Shown: positions 20,864 through 31,383 of the stretch, in pieces
Numbering within the stretch: position 1 is the stretch's first letter
How the letters are laid out: each line of letters begins with the position of its first letter
NCBI GenBank assembly: GCA_963705105.1
Contig: CAVPIW010000006.1
Coordinates: 544,001 to 608,000 of the forward strand
Direction of reading: 5' to 3'
DNA from: an uncultured Nitrospiraceae bacterium
GTDB taxonomy: Bacteria; Nitrospirota; Thermodesulfovibrionia; Thermodesulfovibrionales; Dissulfurispiraceae
DNA length: 64,000 bases
Program-made: the position numbers and the translations under genes
The notes under the pieces: generated by a model
The model's input: the letters and a program-made list of their open reading frames with translations, nothing else
Database searches by the model: none
Told to the model about the DNA's origin: nothing

Positions 20864-21981
20864 AACCTCAGAAATGCACCGATGCCGCCGGCGTCTTCGA
20901 GCTCTTTATTTGCGTCGATGACATCGATGGGGGCGCCCTGCTGGATAGCCTTCTGTCCTGCCAGGTCGACAATGGTGTCGACGGGGGTCAGCGGTCCCTT
21001 GCAATAGGGACAGGCATCGGCGGGCTGTGTCGCCAGCGCGTTGCAGGAGGGGCAACTGAAACCGCTTGCCCTGTATTGCCTGCTATAGACGAGTCTCATG
21101 ACGCGCTGCTCCTGCAGGACATGGAGCACGTTGTCGAGGCCGAGCACCGCCCGTTCGTTCTTCATCGCTTTGGCGACGAGGTCTTTGACCATGGCGTTGT
21201 TCTTTTCCTTTTCATATGCGGCGACGACCGGCTCGACCTTTTTGATCACATCGTCATTCTTGGCGAACATCTCGACTTTGACCGTGCCGATGACCTTTTC
21301 GAGGATACCCTTGTTCAGGATTCCCTTCACCATGGAGAAGGCTTCATCGGAGCCGCCGATAATGACCCGCCCGATGGCCTCGCCTGACATGAACTCCGCC
21401 AGCCTCTCCGTCACTTCCTTCAGGTGGAGGCCGACGTGCACATCGGTATGCCGCTCGAAATTGTTTTGCGAAAGGGCGAACCAGCCGCCCTTCTTGTGCT
21501 TCCCCGGTATGTCCGGCGTGTGCACCTCGCCGTATTCGACGATCTCGCCGAGATGGACCACGAAGATCCGGGCCGACTCCTTGTCCACAAGCAGGACGGC
21601 ATATCGCTCGTGCCTGTCCAGAATATCCAGCAGGGGGCGGATGAAGGGGGCCTTTTCGACACGGAGGTCGTTCATGACGGGGACACTGAGGTTGAACTCG
21701 CGCCAGAGGCCGCTCTCCGATGAGCTGATGATCGACAGGCCCTTCTTGAAAAGCCGCTTGTTGGCGAAAACGTAAGCGTCTATCTTGTCGAGGTCCGCCT
21801 TCACCCTCTTGTAGACGGCCTTGTCGAGGGACTCGGAGGTCTCTTTCATCATATTCTTGAAATGGACGAGAAAATCCCCCCTCTGGTTATGGAGGGGATC
21901 GACGTTCAGGTACATGCTCACGCAATAGTTGTCATTCCCCTCGAGAGATGCGAGCGCTTTCAGATCATTCAGGTTCAGCAT
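20860..21981 (-). CDS. Bacterial archaeo-eukaryotic release factor 1 (aeRF1)-like protein
   Basis: SMYLNVDP, APFIRPL, VLLVDKESARIF, GKHKKGGW...SQ..FERH, CPSC...CPYC ribbon and C-terminal GGIGAFLRF typical of eRF1 domain 3. Confidence 0.85.
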   Translation of the reverse strand: MLNLNDLKALASLEGNDNYCVSMYLNVDPLHNQRGDFLVHFKNMMKETSESLDKAVYKRVKADLDKIDAYVFANKRLFKKGLSIISSSESGLWREFNLSVPVMNDLRVEKAPFIRPLLDILDRHERYAVLLVDKESARIFVVHLGEIVEYGEVHTPDIPGKHKKGGWFALSQNNFERHTDVHVGLHLKEVTERLAEFMSGEAIGRVIIGGSDEAFSMVKGILNKGILEKVIGTVKVEMFAKNDDVIKKVEPVVAAYEKEKNNAMVKDLVAKAMKNERAVLGLDNVLHVLQEQRVMRLVYSRQYRASGFSCPSCNALATQPADACPYCKGPLTPVDTIVDLAGQKAIQQGAPIDVIDANKELEDAGGIGAFLRF

Positions 21982-22013
21982 GGTATCCTCCTTCAGTACT
22001 GCGTTGTCCCTCC

Positions 22014-22811
22014 CTATCGCGGCGCCTTCTTTCCCAAATCTGTGACGGGGCGTCCCATCCTGTCTTCGGGAAGACGCCGCGCGCTCCTGATGAAGGAGTT
22101 GAAGAGGAGAGCGGAAAAGTTATTATAATTATAGCACGACCTTTCCCCGGCACCATCCGACGCTTTTTCGAGGCGCCGCTCGGGGTGCCACTGCACTCCC
22201 ACGAGGAACGGATAGCCTTCCAGAAAAAAGCCTTCGACGATGCCGTCCTCGGCGGAGGCAAAGACGACAAGCCCCTCGCCCCGTTCTTTCACCGCCTGAT
22301 GGTGGCTGGAATTGACCGTCAGGGCGGACAGGGGTACTTCGAAGGGCAGACCCGGCGGGGACGTGAAAAAGACGGGGTGATCCCCTTTCCGGTGATCGGG
22401 GGAGCATTGCCTCTGCGTCCCGATATCCTGGTAGAGCGTTCCTTTGAAGATGACGTTGATGAGCTGCATGCCGTAGCAGATCGCGAGGATCGGTTTTCGC
22501 CGGGCCGTCATGGCCTGAACGAGGGCGGTCTCGAAATCTGCCCTCCCGTCATTGACAAGGTGCAGGAGACCTTCGGGAACGACAATCCTTTCGCCGTACC
22601 TGGCGGGGTGCAGGTCACCGCCTCCCGGCAGGAGGAGCCCGTCGATCCGTTCCGCAATAAGGTCGCATTCCTTTCCCTTCGCTCCCTCCTGCAGTGAAGG
22701 GGTGAGAATGAGCGGCATTCCCCCGGCGGCCGACACAGCATCGACGTACTCCGTTTTCAGCCTGAAGAAGCCGTCAGCGATGTCAGCCGTTATGCCGATG
22801 AGTGGTTTCAT
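22014..22811 (-). CDS. Gamma-glutamyl-gamma-aminobutyrate hydrolase family (peptidase C26)
   Basis: KPLIGIT, DGLLLPGGGD, LAICYGMQ, VNSSHHQAV, GVQWHPE. Confidence 0.92.
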   Translation of the reverse strand: MKPLIGITADIADGFFRLKTEYVDAVSAAGGMPLILTPSLQEGAKGKECDLIAERIDGLLLPGGGDLHPARYGERIVVPEGLLHLVNDGRADFETALVQAMTARRKPILAICYGMQLINVIFKGTLYQDIGTQRQCSPDHRKGDHPVFFTSPPGLPFEVPLSALTVNSSHHQAVKERGEGLVVFASAEDGIVEGFFLEGYPFLVGVQWHPERRLEKASDGAGERSCYNYNNFSALLFNSFIRSARRLPEDRMGRPVTDLGKKAPR

Positions 22812-22821
22812 TTACCCTGTC

Positions 22822-23018
22822 ATTGCAATAGGACATCCGGAAAGGTGGGGCGAAGATGCCGAAAAGCCTTGGTGCTGCGAAACCATTGCCTTCCCATGCG
22901 GATCATGTCAGGCCGATGGTTGATGACGCAAAGGTGGAATCCCCAATGTCCAATTTCAAATGATCATGCTCGCTATCAGCAAGGCTTTGAGGCACTTCGT
23001 CCCGCCTTTTCATGCAAA
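22822..23018 (+). repeat. Intergenic modular repeat (copy R3)
   Basis: TTGCAATA..CCGGAAAGGTGGGGCGAA...TCGCTATCAGCAAGGCTTTGAGGCACTTCGTCCCGCCTTTTCATGCAA. Confidence 0.85.
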
Positions 23019-23031
23019 CGGAAGGGTTTAC

Positions 23032-24612
23032 TTACCCGTGAGATGATCTCAGCACCCTGCCGGGACGGGCGCCTGTCGGCTCACCGTCCCGGACCACGGG
23101 GGCGCCGTTGACGAAAACGGCGACGATGCCGTCAGGCTTTTGAAAGGGGTCAGAAAAAGTCGCCCTGTCGGAGAGTTTGTCGCGATCGAACACGGTAAGG
23201 TCTGCAAACATGCCGGCCTGCAGCCTGCCCCGGTCCCTCAGACCGAAAGTATCCGCCGGCAGGGACGTCATCCTCCGCACCGCCTCTTCGATCGGCAGGA
23301 GACTCTTTTCCCTGGCGTAACGGGCGAGGAAACGGGGGAAGCTGCCGAAACCCCGCGGATGGGGCTTCCCCCGGCGCGTAGGGCCGCTGAAAGACCGGGC
23401 CGAGCTGTCCGAGCCGATCATGAGATAAGGCAAGCGGAGGAAATGGAGGAGGTTCTCTTCACTCATGGAAAAGAAGATGGCGCCGACCCGGGTCCTCTCC
23501 GCCACGAGGAGGTCAATGAGGGCAGTGTGCACAGACTTTTTCTCTGCCCCGGCGATGTCGGCGACGCTCCTGCCTTCCATCCAGGCGCGTTCTTCCGTCG
23601 TGACGGACGACACGACGACGTTCTTCCAGTACGGACTGCCCTCCGGCTGCACGTCCGCCAGGATTTCTTTCCGCGTCAACGGGTCTGTCAGGCGCCTCAG
23701 TTCCTCGTCCGTCCCTCCCTCATAGGCCCATGACGGCAGGACCGTGTCGAGATCGGTGCTCGCCGCCACGTAGGGGTAACGGTCGCAGGTCACCTGCACG
23801 CCTGAGCGCCGCGCCTCTTCGATGCATGCGATCGCGTCCTGACGCTTCCACCAGTTCTGCTCCCCTGACGTCTTCAGATGAGAGACGTGCACGGGAATGC
23901 GGGCCCTCCGGCCGATCGTGACCACTTCGCCGATGGCCTCGATAAGTGCGTCACCCTCGCTCCTCATATGAGACGCGTAGATCCCGCAAGGGACATCCGA
24001 AAGCCCCTGGGCCAGGGCGACGAGTTCCTCCGTCTCCGCATAGACGCCGGGCGGATAAATGAGCCCCGTCGAGAGCCCCTTTGCACCATCGCGGAGGGCT
24101 TCGGCGAGGAGCGACTTCATGCGGGTCATGTCGCCGGGGTCAGGCCGCCTGTTCCGGTACCCCATAACGGAGCCGCGGATGTTGCCGTGACCGCAGAGGG
24201 TGGCGAAATTCAGGGAGATGCCCCTCGATTCGAGAAGTGAAAAATATTGGGTGAAGGTCGACCATCGTTCGGCGATGCCGAGTTCCCTGAGGTCCTCCTC
24301 ACGTCGCTGCATCGCCTCACCGAGGAGGGGCGCAGCCGAGAGCCCGCAGTTGCCGCTGATTTCGGTTGTGACACCCTGGCAGATTTTGCCCTCGGCCCTG
24401 CCGTCGGCAAGGAGGGTGAATTCGGAGTGGCTGTGTGTGTCGATAAATCCGGGCGCGACGATCAATCCGCCGGCGTCGATGACCTGCGCGGCGGCGGGTT
24501 CACCGCTGCCCATGAAGACGATCCGGTCTCCCTTTATGCCGACATGCGACTCGTAAAGGGGCGTCCCCATTCCGTCAACGACGAGTCCCCCCCTGATCAG
24601 GAAATCAAGCAT
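23032..24612 (-). CDS. N-acyl-D-amino-acid deacylase (D-aminoacylase)
   Basis: APGFIDTHSHS, QGVTTEISGNCG, STGLIYPPG, SHMRSE, PHPRGFGSFPRFL. Confidence 0.93.
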   Translation of the reverse strand: MLDFLIRGGLVVDGMGTPLYESHVGIKGDRIVFMGSGEPAAAQVIDAGGLIVAPGFIDTHSHSEFTLLADGRAEGKICQGVTTEISGNCGLSAAPLLGEAMQRREEDLRELGIAERWSTFTQYFSLLESRGISLNFATLCGHGNIRGSVMGYRNRRPDPGDMTRMKSLLAEALRDGAKGLSTGLIYPPGVYAETEELVALAQGLSDVPCGIYASHMRSEGDALIEAIGEVVTIGRRARIPVHVSHLKTSGEQNWWKRQDAIACIEEARRSGVQVTCDRYPYVAASTDLDTVLPSWAYEGGTDEELRRLTDPLTRKEILADVQPEGSPYWKNVVVSSVTTEERAWMEGRSVADIAGAEKKSVHTALIDLLVAERTRVGAIFFSMSEENLLHFLRLPYLMIGSDSSARSFSGPTRRGKPHPRGFGSFPRFLARYAREKSLLPIEEAVRRMTSLPADTFGLRDRGRLQAGMFADLTVFDRDKLSDRATFSDPFQKPDGIVAVFVNGAPVVRDGEPTGARPGRVLRSSHG

Positions 24613-24654
24613 GATTCGCCCTGCCTTTCCGGGGGTTTCCGTAAGGGGGTTACC

Positions 24655-25350
24655 TTGCAGTTGCATGGATAAAGCGTGGCGAAGCGCCTCAAAGCCTTGC
24701 TGATCGCGACTCTCCTCCGGGAAGGCAAATATGGTTCAAAGCCTTTCCAATGCGATGATGAGGACCATTTCGGCAGGTGCACCGAAAGGCAGGGCAAAGT
24801 GCCTCAAAGCCTCGCTGATTGCGAGCATGATTGGTTATTATCGGTTGTGAAGATTTCATCCTTTGTATTATCAACAGTTGTGCTTCCATGCTCTCAACGG
24901 GACGGCAGCGGTTTCGCAGCACCGATGCTTTTCGGTACTTCACCCCGCCTTTCGGTCCGGCGTATGAGGCAACGTGTCCATCTCAGGGTGTTCAGCCTCT
25001 GATGCCTGACGGGCACTTGGTATAGATCGACACGGCAAAGGGTGGTCTGGGGATCAATAAGGTATCTTAGAGGAAAGGTTTTTCACCACATCAGCCTTCC
25101 CGTCGGTACGATTGTCGTCCGGTTTCCGTCTTTGCATGCTGTCTATTGTCTATGTAGGAGTGGCATAGAAAGGCGGGGCGAAACGCCTCAAAGCCTTGCT
25201 GAAGGCGACGATACTCCTCGTCATCTTCGTGTTTCAGGATTTCACTCTTTGTGTCATCGACCATTAGCATATAGTTCATCTTTCGTTTTGATACAGGTGT
25301 CGCCGCAGCAAGGTTTTCGGCGCATACGCCCCGCCTTTCCATGCAACAGC
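24655..25350 (-). repeat. Composite modular repeat: long nested-hairpin unit (24717-25104) plus short units (copy R4)
   Basis: Reverse complement of 24717-25104 is colinear with 29941-30330 and with 46219-46803. Confidence 0.9.
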
Positions 25351-25359
25351 AGGTTTCAC

Positions 25360-26628
25360 CTATCTCTCGGTATACGATGCGGGAATGGCGCGATTGCCGC
25401 CGGACCTGGCGGTCTTCTGCTGCGGCACCGATGAAAAGTAGCCGTGGATCCCCCTGGCGATGGATTCCGCCAGGGCCTGGCGGTAATGGTCCTTCGACAG
25501 AAGGGTTTCCTCTATGGGATTGCTGATGAACGAGACCTCCACAAGAGCCGAGGGCATTTTCGCACCGACGAGCACATAGAACAGCGCCTGCTTGACGCCG
25601 AGGTCCGTCACGAGGGAATATTCATCCCTCATGTTTGTGACAAGGGTGTTCTGGATGTTGCCTGCCAACTTCACCGATTCGTTTCTCTTCGCCTCCCGTT
25701 CGAGCGAAGCGAGAATGAACCCGAGCTCACTCTGGACCTGCTTCATTTTTTTCAGGGAAATGGCGTTTTCTCTGGCCGCCACCTTCATCGCCTCGATGTC
25801 GTTTGTCCAGTTCAGCAGGTACGTCTCGATGCCCTTGGCATTCCTGTTCGTGCTTGCGTTCGCATGGATTGACACGAAAAGGTCCGCCTTGTTCTTGTTG
25901 GCGATCGACGCCCGCACGTCAAGGGGGAGAAACACATCCTTGTCTCTCGTCAGCATGATCTCGTAGAGGGGATACTCTCTCGCCATGATCTGCCTGACCC
26001 GCAGTGCGACGTCAAGGACGACGTTCTTTTCATAGAGGCCGTTGCGGCCGACGGCGCCGGGGTCATGACCGCCGTGCCCGGCATCGATGACGACCCTCCG
26101 CTTCAGGGACGGGTCGGCCCGGATGACGGGCTGCTTCACATCTTCCTTCTTCTCCTGGATCTTCGGCTCCGGAGCATTCAGCTCCGGCGTCTTCAGCCCC
26201 GGCGTTCTTGAGGAGATATCGATGACAAGCCTCGACGGCTCCCCCTGCCATGAGACACGGTAATCATAGTCCGCCTTCACGATATCGACGACGACGCGGA
26301 CCGTCTCCCTGTCGAACCGGCCGATCCTCACCCCTTTGACAAGGCCGTCGTTCACGGGAAGCGCGGCAGGCACACCGCGGCCGATGACGGCCCCCTTCAG
26401 GTCGATGAAAACCCTCTCGGGGTTGCCGATTCTGCCTTTGGCAAATTCGGCCTGGCCGGAAAGGCCGATGGAAATGCGGGTCTGGTCGGCACCGGAGGCA
26501 TGCCTGAGGCCGTTCACTTCCAAAGCATGCTTGCCCTGCCCGGAGGCGGAACTGACGACGAGTACGACGAACATCAGAGCGGAAAAAAACGCAAAGGCTT
26601 TCGCATGTGTCGCCGCTTTCGTGCTCAT
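25360..26628 (-). CDS. N-acetylmuramoyl-L-alanine amidase with AMIN domain (AmiC-like)
   Basis: VVIDAGHGGHDPGA, EKNVVL, LFVSIHANAS, LVEVSFISN; signal peptide and AMIN-like N-terminus. Confidence 0.95.
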   Translation of the reverse strand: MSTKAATHAKAFAFFSALMFVVLVVSSASGQGKHALEVNGLRHASGADQTRISIGLSGQAEFAKGRIGNPERVFIDLKGAVIGRGVPAALPVNDGLVKGVRIGRFDRETVRVVVDIVKADYDYRVSWQGEPSRLVIDISSRTPGLKTPELNAPEPKIQEKKEDVKQPVIRADPSLKRRVVIDAGHGGHDPGAVGRNGLYEKNVVLDVALRVRQIMAREYPLYEIMLTRDKDVFLPLDVRASIANKNKADLFVSIHANASTNRNAKGIETYLLNWTNDIEAMKVAARENAISLKKMKQVQSELGFILASLEREAKRNESVKLAGNIQNTLVTNMRDEYSLVTDLGVKQALFYVLVGAKMPSALVEVSFISNPIEETLLSKDHYRQALAESIARGIHGYFSSVPQQKTARSGGNRAIPASYTER

Positions 26629-26645
26629 GCCTTCCCCCCGGCTCG

Positions 26646-26873
26646 TTATTGCCGTTCCTTGACGGCACGAATCTCGGGAATCTCTTTCTTGAGAGTCGTC
26701 TCGACCCAGTTTTTCATTGTCAGTGTCGACATGGGACAGGTCTCACAGGCGCCGGTCAGCCTGACATAGACGACATCATTCCTTATCTCGACGAGCTCTA
26801 TATCACCGCCTTCGGACTTCAGCCCGGCCCGTATCTTGCCGAGTACCTCCTCAACCCTTTCCTGCGTAACCAT
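26646..26873 (-). CDS. NifU/Nfu C-terminal domain protein
   Basis: GGDIELV...VRLTGACETCPMSTLTMK. Confidence 0.92.
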   Translation of the reverse strand: MVTQERVEEVLGKIRAGLKSEGGDIELVEIRNDVVYVRLTGACETCPMSTLTMKNWVETTLKKEIPEIRAVKERQ

Positions 26874-27221
26874 TCCAGCCTCCTCTGCACCCTGAAATCC
26901 TTATGGATAGCAGTTTCTATCTTCATCATAGCCGAAGATGCGCAAATTATCAAGATTTATATGCATAAGGAACGGTCGTTCAAAACAGTCTCACGCAAAG
27001 TCGCAAAGAGCGCAAAGAAGGAACGTGTTCGTGCAAGATTATTTTGAACAGCGGTGTTCCTTGGTATAATGATATCCATGGACATCACGCTCACCTATCC
27101 CCATCAATTATTCGAGCGAAATCCCGCTGTGCAGGAGGGACGAAGTGCAGCGCCTGTGCACCGGCCATATCCGGAAGGCTGAGCGGTTTCTCGAAACCCT
27201 TACGTGACAGGAGGACATGTT

Positions 27222-27671
27222 GTGCAGGATGCGGAAAAACTCATCGGGCGTATAAGGAGAATCCTGACATCGCAGCGGCTTGCGGTGCTCTCGACCTATG
27301 GCGGCGATCAACCCTATGCAAGCCTTGTCGCCTTCACTGCAACTGATGACCTGCAACAGATCTTTTTCGCCACCACCCGCTCCACACGCAAGTATGCCAA
27401 CCTGTCGGAGAAAGACAAGGTCGCCCTGCTCATCGACACCCGCAGGAACAGGCCGGCGGACTTCGCGAACGCCGTCGCCGTGACCGCCATCGGACAGGTC
27501 CGCGAGGCGCCGCCGGGAGAGCGGCGACGGCTCATCGCCATACACACGGCGAAGCACCCGGCCCTCACTTCCTTTCTCGCATCGCCGACGTGCGCACTCC
27601 TTGTCATGGACGTCCGGGCATACTACTTCGTCAGCCATTTTCAGGACGTCCGGGAGGTTCATCTCCGATGA
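27222..27671 (+). CDS. Pyridoxamine 5'-phosphate oxidase-like (split barrel) protein
   Basis: LAVLST....PYASLVAF, FATTRSTRKYANL...VALLID; AGGAGG upstream of GTG 27222. Confidence 0.85.
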   Translation: MQDAEKLIGRIRRILTSQRLAVLSTYGGDQPYASLVAFTATDDLQQIFFATTRSTRKYANLSEKDKVALLIDTRRNRPADFANAVAVTAIGQVREAPPGERRRLIAIHTAKHPALTSFLASPTCALLVMDVRAYYFVSHFQDVREVHLR

Positions 27672-29824
27672 GATATTGCATAGCCCTGGATGCCATAGAG
27701 CAGTCCGACCGCGACAACGTGGGGGGCAAGGCCTACGCATTGTCCGGTGTCCTCCGCGAGGGGCTCACCATCCCATCAGGCCTCGCGATCACGGCAGCGG
27801 CGTACGATGATTTCGCCAGGATCACGGGACTGCGGGAGCGTATTATGATCGAGCTGGGCCGCAAAGACTTCCGTGCTATGCGGTGGGAGGAGATATGGGA
27901 CGGGGCGCTCAGAATACGGAATCTCTTCGTGACGACGCCCCTTCCACCCGAGATGAGCGCGGCATTGCACGGGGAGTTTCAACCTTTCGGAGATGGGCGG
28001 CCTGTCGTCATTCGCTCCTCTGCCCCCGGTGAGGACTCGGCGGAGCGGTCTTTTGCCGGTCTGCACGAATCCTATGTGGGCATCGCCGGCATTGCAGCCA
28101 TCATCGACCACGTGAAGCTCGTCTGGGCGTCCCTCTGGTCCGACCGGGCCCTTCTGTACCGTCGGGAACTGGGCCTCGATCCCTTCAGGAGCCGCATGGC
28201 CGTTGTGATCCAGGCGCTTGTCGAGGGGGAGGTGTCGGGCATCGCTTTCGGCAAACATCCTGCGAACCCGTCGCACCGGGTCGTCGAGGCGGTCTCGGGT
28301 CTCAACCAGGCGCTCGTGGACGGCTCCATTACGCCGGACCGCTGGACCGTCGACCGGATGACCAACAGGATCATCGCATACGAGGCAGGCGATCGCGGGC
28401 GCCGCATGATCATGACTGCCGGAGGACCCGTTTTTGAAGAAACCGGTGACAGCCAGGGGATGGCACCCCTGTTGACGGAGGAAGCCGTATCAGCCGTTAC
28501 ATCGGCAAACGCCCGTCTGGAAGAGCTTTTCAAGAGCCCCCAGGACGTGGAATGGACGATGACAGGCACGCGGCTCGTCATACTCCAGTCCCGGCCCATC
28601 ACCACATCCTCCGCCGGCAGTGACGATCAAAGGCCATGGTACCTGAGCCTTACCCGCAGTTTCGGGAATCTCAGGACCCTGCGCCGGAAGATCGAGGACG
28701 ATCTCATTCCCCGGATGATCGCCGAAGCGGACGATATGGCTGCCAGGGATCTCTCCGCCTGTGATGAAAAAGCCCTCGCGGCGGAGGTGCTCCACCGCGC
28801 CCTCCGCTACAGCGCCTGGGTCGATACCTATTGGGCCGATTTCATTCCCTATGCCCACGGCGTCCGCCTTTTCGGGATGATCTACAATGACGCCGTGAGG
28901 CCCGACGATCCCTTCGAGTTTACGGCACTGCTTGCCGAAAACGACCTCGAATCGGTCCGGCGGAATGACCTCATCGAAGACATGGCTGAGATGGTGCGCC
29001 GCGATCCCGTGCTCCGTTCGGCACTGCGCGACGGCGTCTTTGCCGACGAGACGTTCAACGGACTGCTCGAAACGTTCATCGGGGCCTTCGGCGATCTTGC
29101 CTGCGGTGCTGAGGCCTGTGTGAGCGGCAGGCAAGCCGTGGCGGGCATCGTCATCGAGACGGCTGCGAGGCCGCGCGCCGCCCGCGCCGGGTCATCTTAT
29201 CCGATACTACGGGAACGATTCCTCTCACGCTTTGATGCCGGGCGCCGTGACTTCGCCGAGGAAGTGCTTGCGCTGGGCCGGTCGAGCTACAGCCTCAGGG
29301 ATAATGACAACCTCTATCTCGGGAGAATCAAGATGCAGTTCATCAGGGCACTCGAGACCTTTCAGGACCGCTTCGGCTCCATCGACGGCCTGAAAGGGGA
29401 ACACCCTGAAATCGCCCGCGCCGTCGGGATGCTGCCGGACGACCATCCTCTCAGGCCGGCGACAACCGCCGGCGCACTCACGACGGACAAATTTGTCACC
29501 AGGGCGCGCCAGCTCACCGGCCAGCCTGCCGGACCCGGCATCGCCCGCGGAACCGCCCGGGTCATCATCAATCACGGTGATCTTTTCACCTTCAAAGCCG
29601 GGGAGATCCTGGTCTGTGACAGCATCGACCCAACCATGACTTTCGTCATCCCCCTCGCGGCAGCCGTCGTCGAGCGCCGGGGAGGCATGCTCATCCACGG
29701 CGCCATCATCGCCCGCGAGTACGGGCTTCCCTGTGTGACGGGCATCCAGGACGCCACCCTTTTCATAAAAACCGGCGATACCGTGACAGTCGACGGATAC
29801 CTCGGGATCGTCACCATGGACTGA
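27668..29824 (+). CDS. PEP-synthase-like phosphotransferase (ATP-grasp, central domain, C-terminal His swivel domain)
   Basis: VGGKA, IRSSAPGED..SFAG, QDVEW, LQSRPIT, GGMLIHGAIIAREYGLPCV; ATGA overlap with the upstream gene. Confidence 0.88.
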   Translation: MRYCIALDAIEQSDRDNVGGKAYALSGVLREGLTIPSGLAITAAAYDDFARITGLRERIMIELGRKDFRAMRWEEIWDGALRIRNLFVTTPLPPEMSAALHGEFQPFGDGRPVVIRSSAPGEDSAERSFAGLHESYVGIAGIAAIIDHVKLVWASLWSDRALLYRRELGLDPFRSRMAVVIQALVEGEVSGIAFGKHPANPSHRVVEAVSGLNQALVDGSITPDRWTVDRMTNRIIAYEAGDRGRRMIMTAGGPVFEETGDSQGMAPLLTEEAVSAVTSANARLEELFKSPQDVEWTMTGTRLVILQSRPITTSSAGSDDQRPWYLSLTRSFGNLRTLRRKIEDDLIPRMIAEADDMAARDLSACDEKALAAEVLHRALRYSAWVDTYWADFIPYAHGVRLFGMIYNDAVRPDDPFEFTALLAENDLESVRRNDLIEDMAEMVRRDPVLRSALRDGVFADETFNGLLETFIGAFGDLACGAEACVSGRQAVAGIVIETAARPRAARAGSSYPILRERFLSRFDAGRRDFAEEVLALGRSSYSLRDNDNLYLGRIKMQFIRALETFQDRFGSIDGLKGEHPEIARAVGMLPDDHPLRPATTAGALTTDKFVTRARQLTGQPAGPGIARGTARVIINHGDLFTFKAGEILVCDSIDPTMTFVIPLAAAVVERRGGMLIHGAIIAREYGLPCVTGIQDATLFIKTGDTVTVDGYLGIVTMD

Positions 29825-29844
29825 CCGGGACCTTCTTTACCTTA

Positions 29845-30422
29845 TCGTTGCAATACACTCCCGGGAAAGGCGGGGTGTATGAGCCGAAACAGCAGACAAG
29901 AAACAGTAGTCAGTCGTCGGAACAGGGCTGCGAACAGCCGGACGGGAAGGCTGATGTGGTGAAAAGCCTTTCCTCTAAGCTACCTTGTGTATCCCCAGAC
30001 CACGCTTTGCCGTGTCTATTGATACCCTAAGCCCGTCAGGCAGCAGGCGCTGAACAACCTGAGATGACATATTCTTCATATTCCCGACCGGAAAGGCGGG
30101 GTGAATGCGCCGAAAAGCATCGGTGCTGCGAAACCGCTGCCGTCCCGTGAAGAGCATGAAAGCACAACTGTCGACGATACAAAGGATGAAAATGTTTAAA
30201 ATCCAATAATAAATAATCATGCTCGCTATCAGCGAGGCTTTGAGGCGCTTCGCCCCGCCTTTCGGTGCATCTGCCAAAATGGTCCTCATCATGGCATTGG
30301 AAAGGCTTTGACCCCTATCAGCCTTCCCGGAGACAGCGGTCGTGACACCGACACTGACACTGACACTCACACTGTCACTGTTTTTCAGAGCGCTTCGCAC
30401 CGCCTTTTCACGCAACTGCAAG
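29845..30422 (+). repeat. Composite modular repeat: long nested-hairpin unit (29941-30330) inside short-unit termini (copy R5)
   Basis: Begins TCGTTGCAATAC, ends with a GACACT/CACACT tract and CCGCCTTTTCACGCAACTGCAAG; encloses the long unit. Confidence 0.9.
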
Positions 30423-30465
30423 ACCCCGTTCACAAAAATTTCCAGCCTCGTGTATACTATGAGCC

Positions 30466-31383
30466 ATGAAAAAAGTCGGCTTCCTCTACGATGACATATT
30501 TCTGAAGCACGAGACCCCCATGGGTCACCCGGAGAACAAGGAGCGTCTCGTCCATATCCTTCATGTCCTCAGGGAATCGGGCCTATGGGATAAGCTTGTC
30601 CATATCAAACCCCGCAAGGCGTCCTTCGACGACATCGCCCTCGTTCACGAGTCGCGGTACATCGAGCGGGTGCAAAAATTCGGCACGGGATATCTCGACC
30701 CCGACACCTACGTTTCGAAAGACAGTGTCGAGGCGGCGCTCTATGCTGCAGGAGCCGTCATGGAGGCGATCGAGAAATGCAAGTCCGGTGAGATCGACCG
30801 GGCCTTCTGCGCCGTGAGACCGCCGGGTCACCACGCCGAATCCCACCGGGGCATGGGGTTCTGCATCTTCAATAATGTCGCTGTCGGCGCCCGGCATGCC
30901 CAGAAGATCGGATACGAGAAGATCTTCGTCATCGACTTCGACGTCCACCACGGCAACGGGACCCAGCACCTCTTCGAGGAGGACGACAGCGTGTTCTATT
31001 TCAGCTCCCACCAGTATCCCCACTATCCCGGAACGGGCTCCGCATCGGAGACGGGACGGGGCAAGGGAAAGGGAAACACGTACAATGTTCCCCTCCACTG
31101 GGGAGCCGACGATGACGATTTCATCAAGATTTACGGGACTATCGTGCCTGAGCTGGTCGACTCGTTCAAGCCCGATCTGCTCCTCGTCTCATCGGGTTAT
31201 GACATCAGGAAGGAAGACCCCCTTGCGGGAATCCGCGTCACCGGTGAAGGCATAAAGGGCATCGTCTCGGGCATCCTCTCGGCCACATCGAAGCCCGTCA
31301 TCTTCAGCCTCGAAGGCGGATACAATCTGAACGCCCTGGCCGATTCCGTCCGTATCACCCTCCTGGAAATGCTCAGCCACTGA
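30466..31383 (+). CDS. Histone deacetylase family (Zn-dependent) deacetylase
   Basis: [33 protein letters not shown]. Confidence 0.95.
   Translation: MKKVGFLYDDIFLKHETPMGHPENKERLVHILHVLRESGLWDKLVHIKPRKASFDDIALVHESRYIERVQKFGTGYLDPDTYVSKDSVEAALYAAGAVMEAIEKCKSGEIDRAFCAVRPPGHHAESHRGMGFCIFNNVAVGARHAQKIGYEKIFVIDFDVHHGNGTQHLFEEDDSVFYFSSHQYPHYPGTGSASETGRGKGKGNTYNVPLHWGADDDDFIKIYGTIVPELVDSFKPDLLLVSSGYDIRKEDPLAGIRVTGEGIKGIVSGILSATSKPVIFSLEGGYNLNALADSVRITLLEMLSH

Noticed and set aside
24655..25350. Possible CRISPR array in the repeat-rich intergenic regions
   Set aside because: Repeats are inverted, nested and dispersed rather than regularly spaced direct repeats with unique spacers; no cas genes are present.
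24676..25434. Short ORFs within repeats (also 29975..30433, 46382..46796, 52634..52831)
   Set aside because: Similar peptides recur only because the DNA repeats; starts, stops and frames differ between copies.
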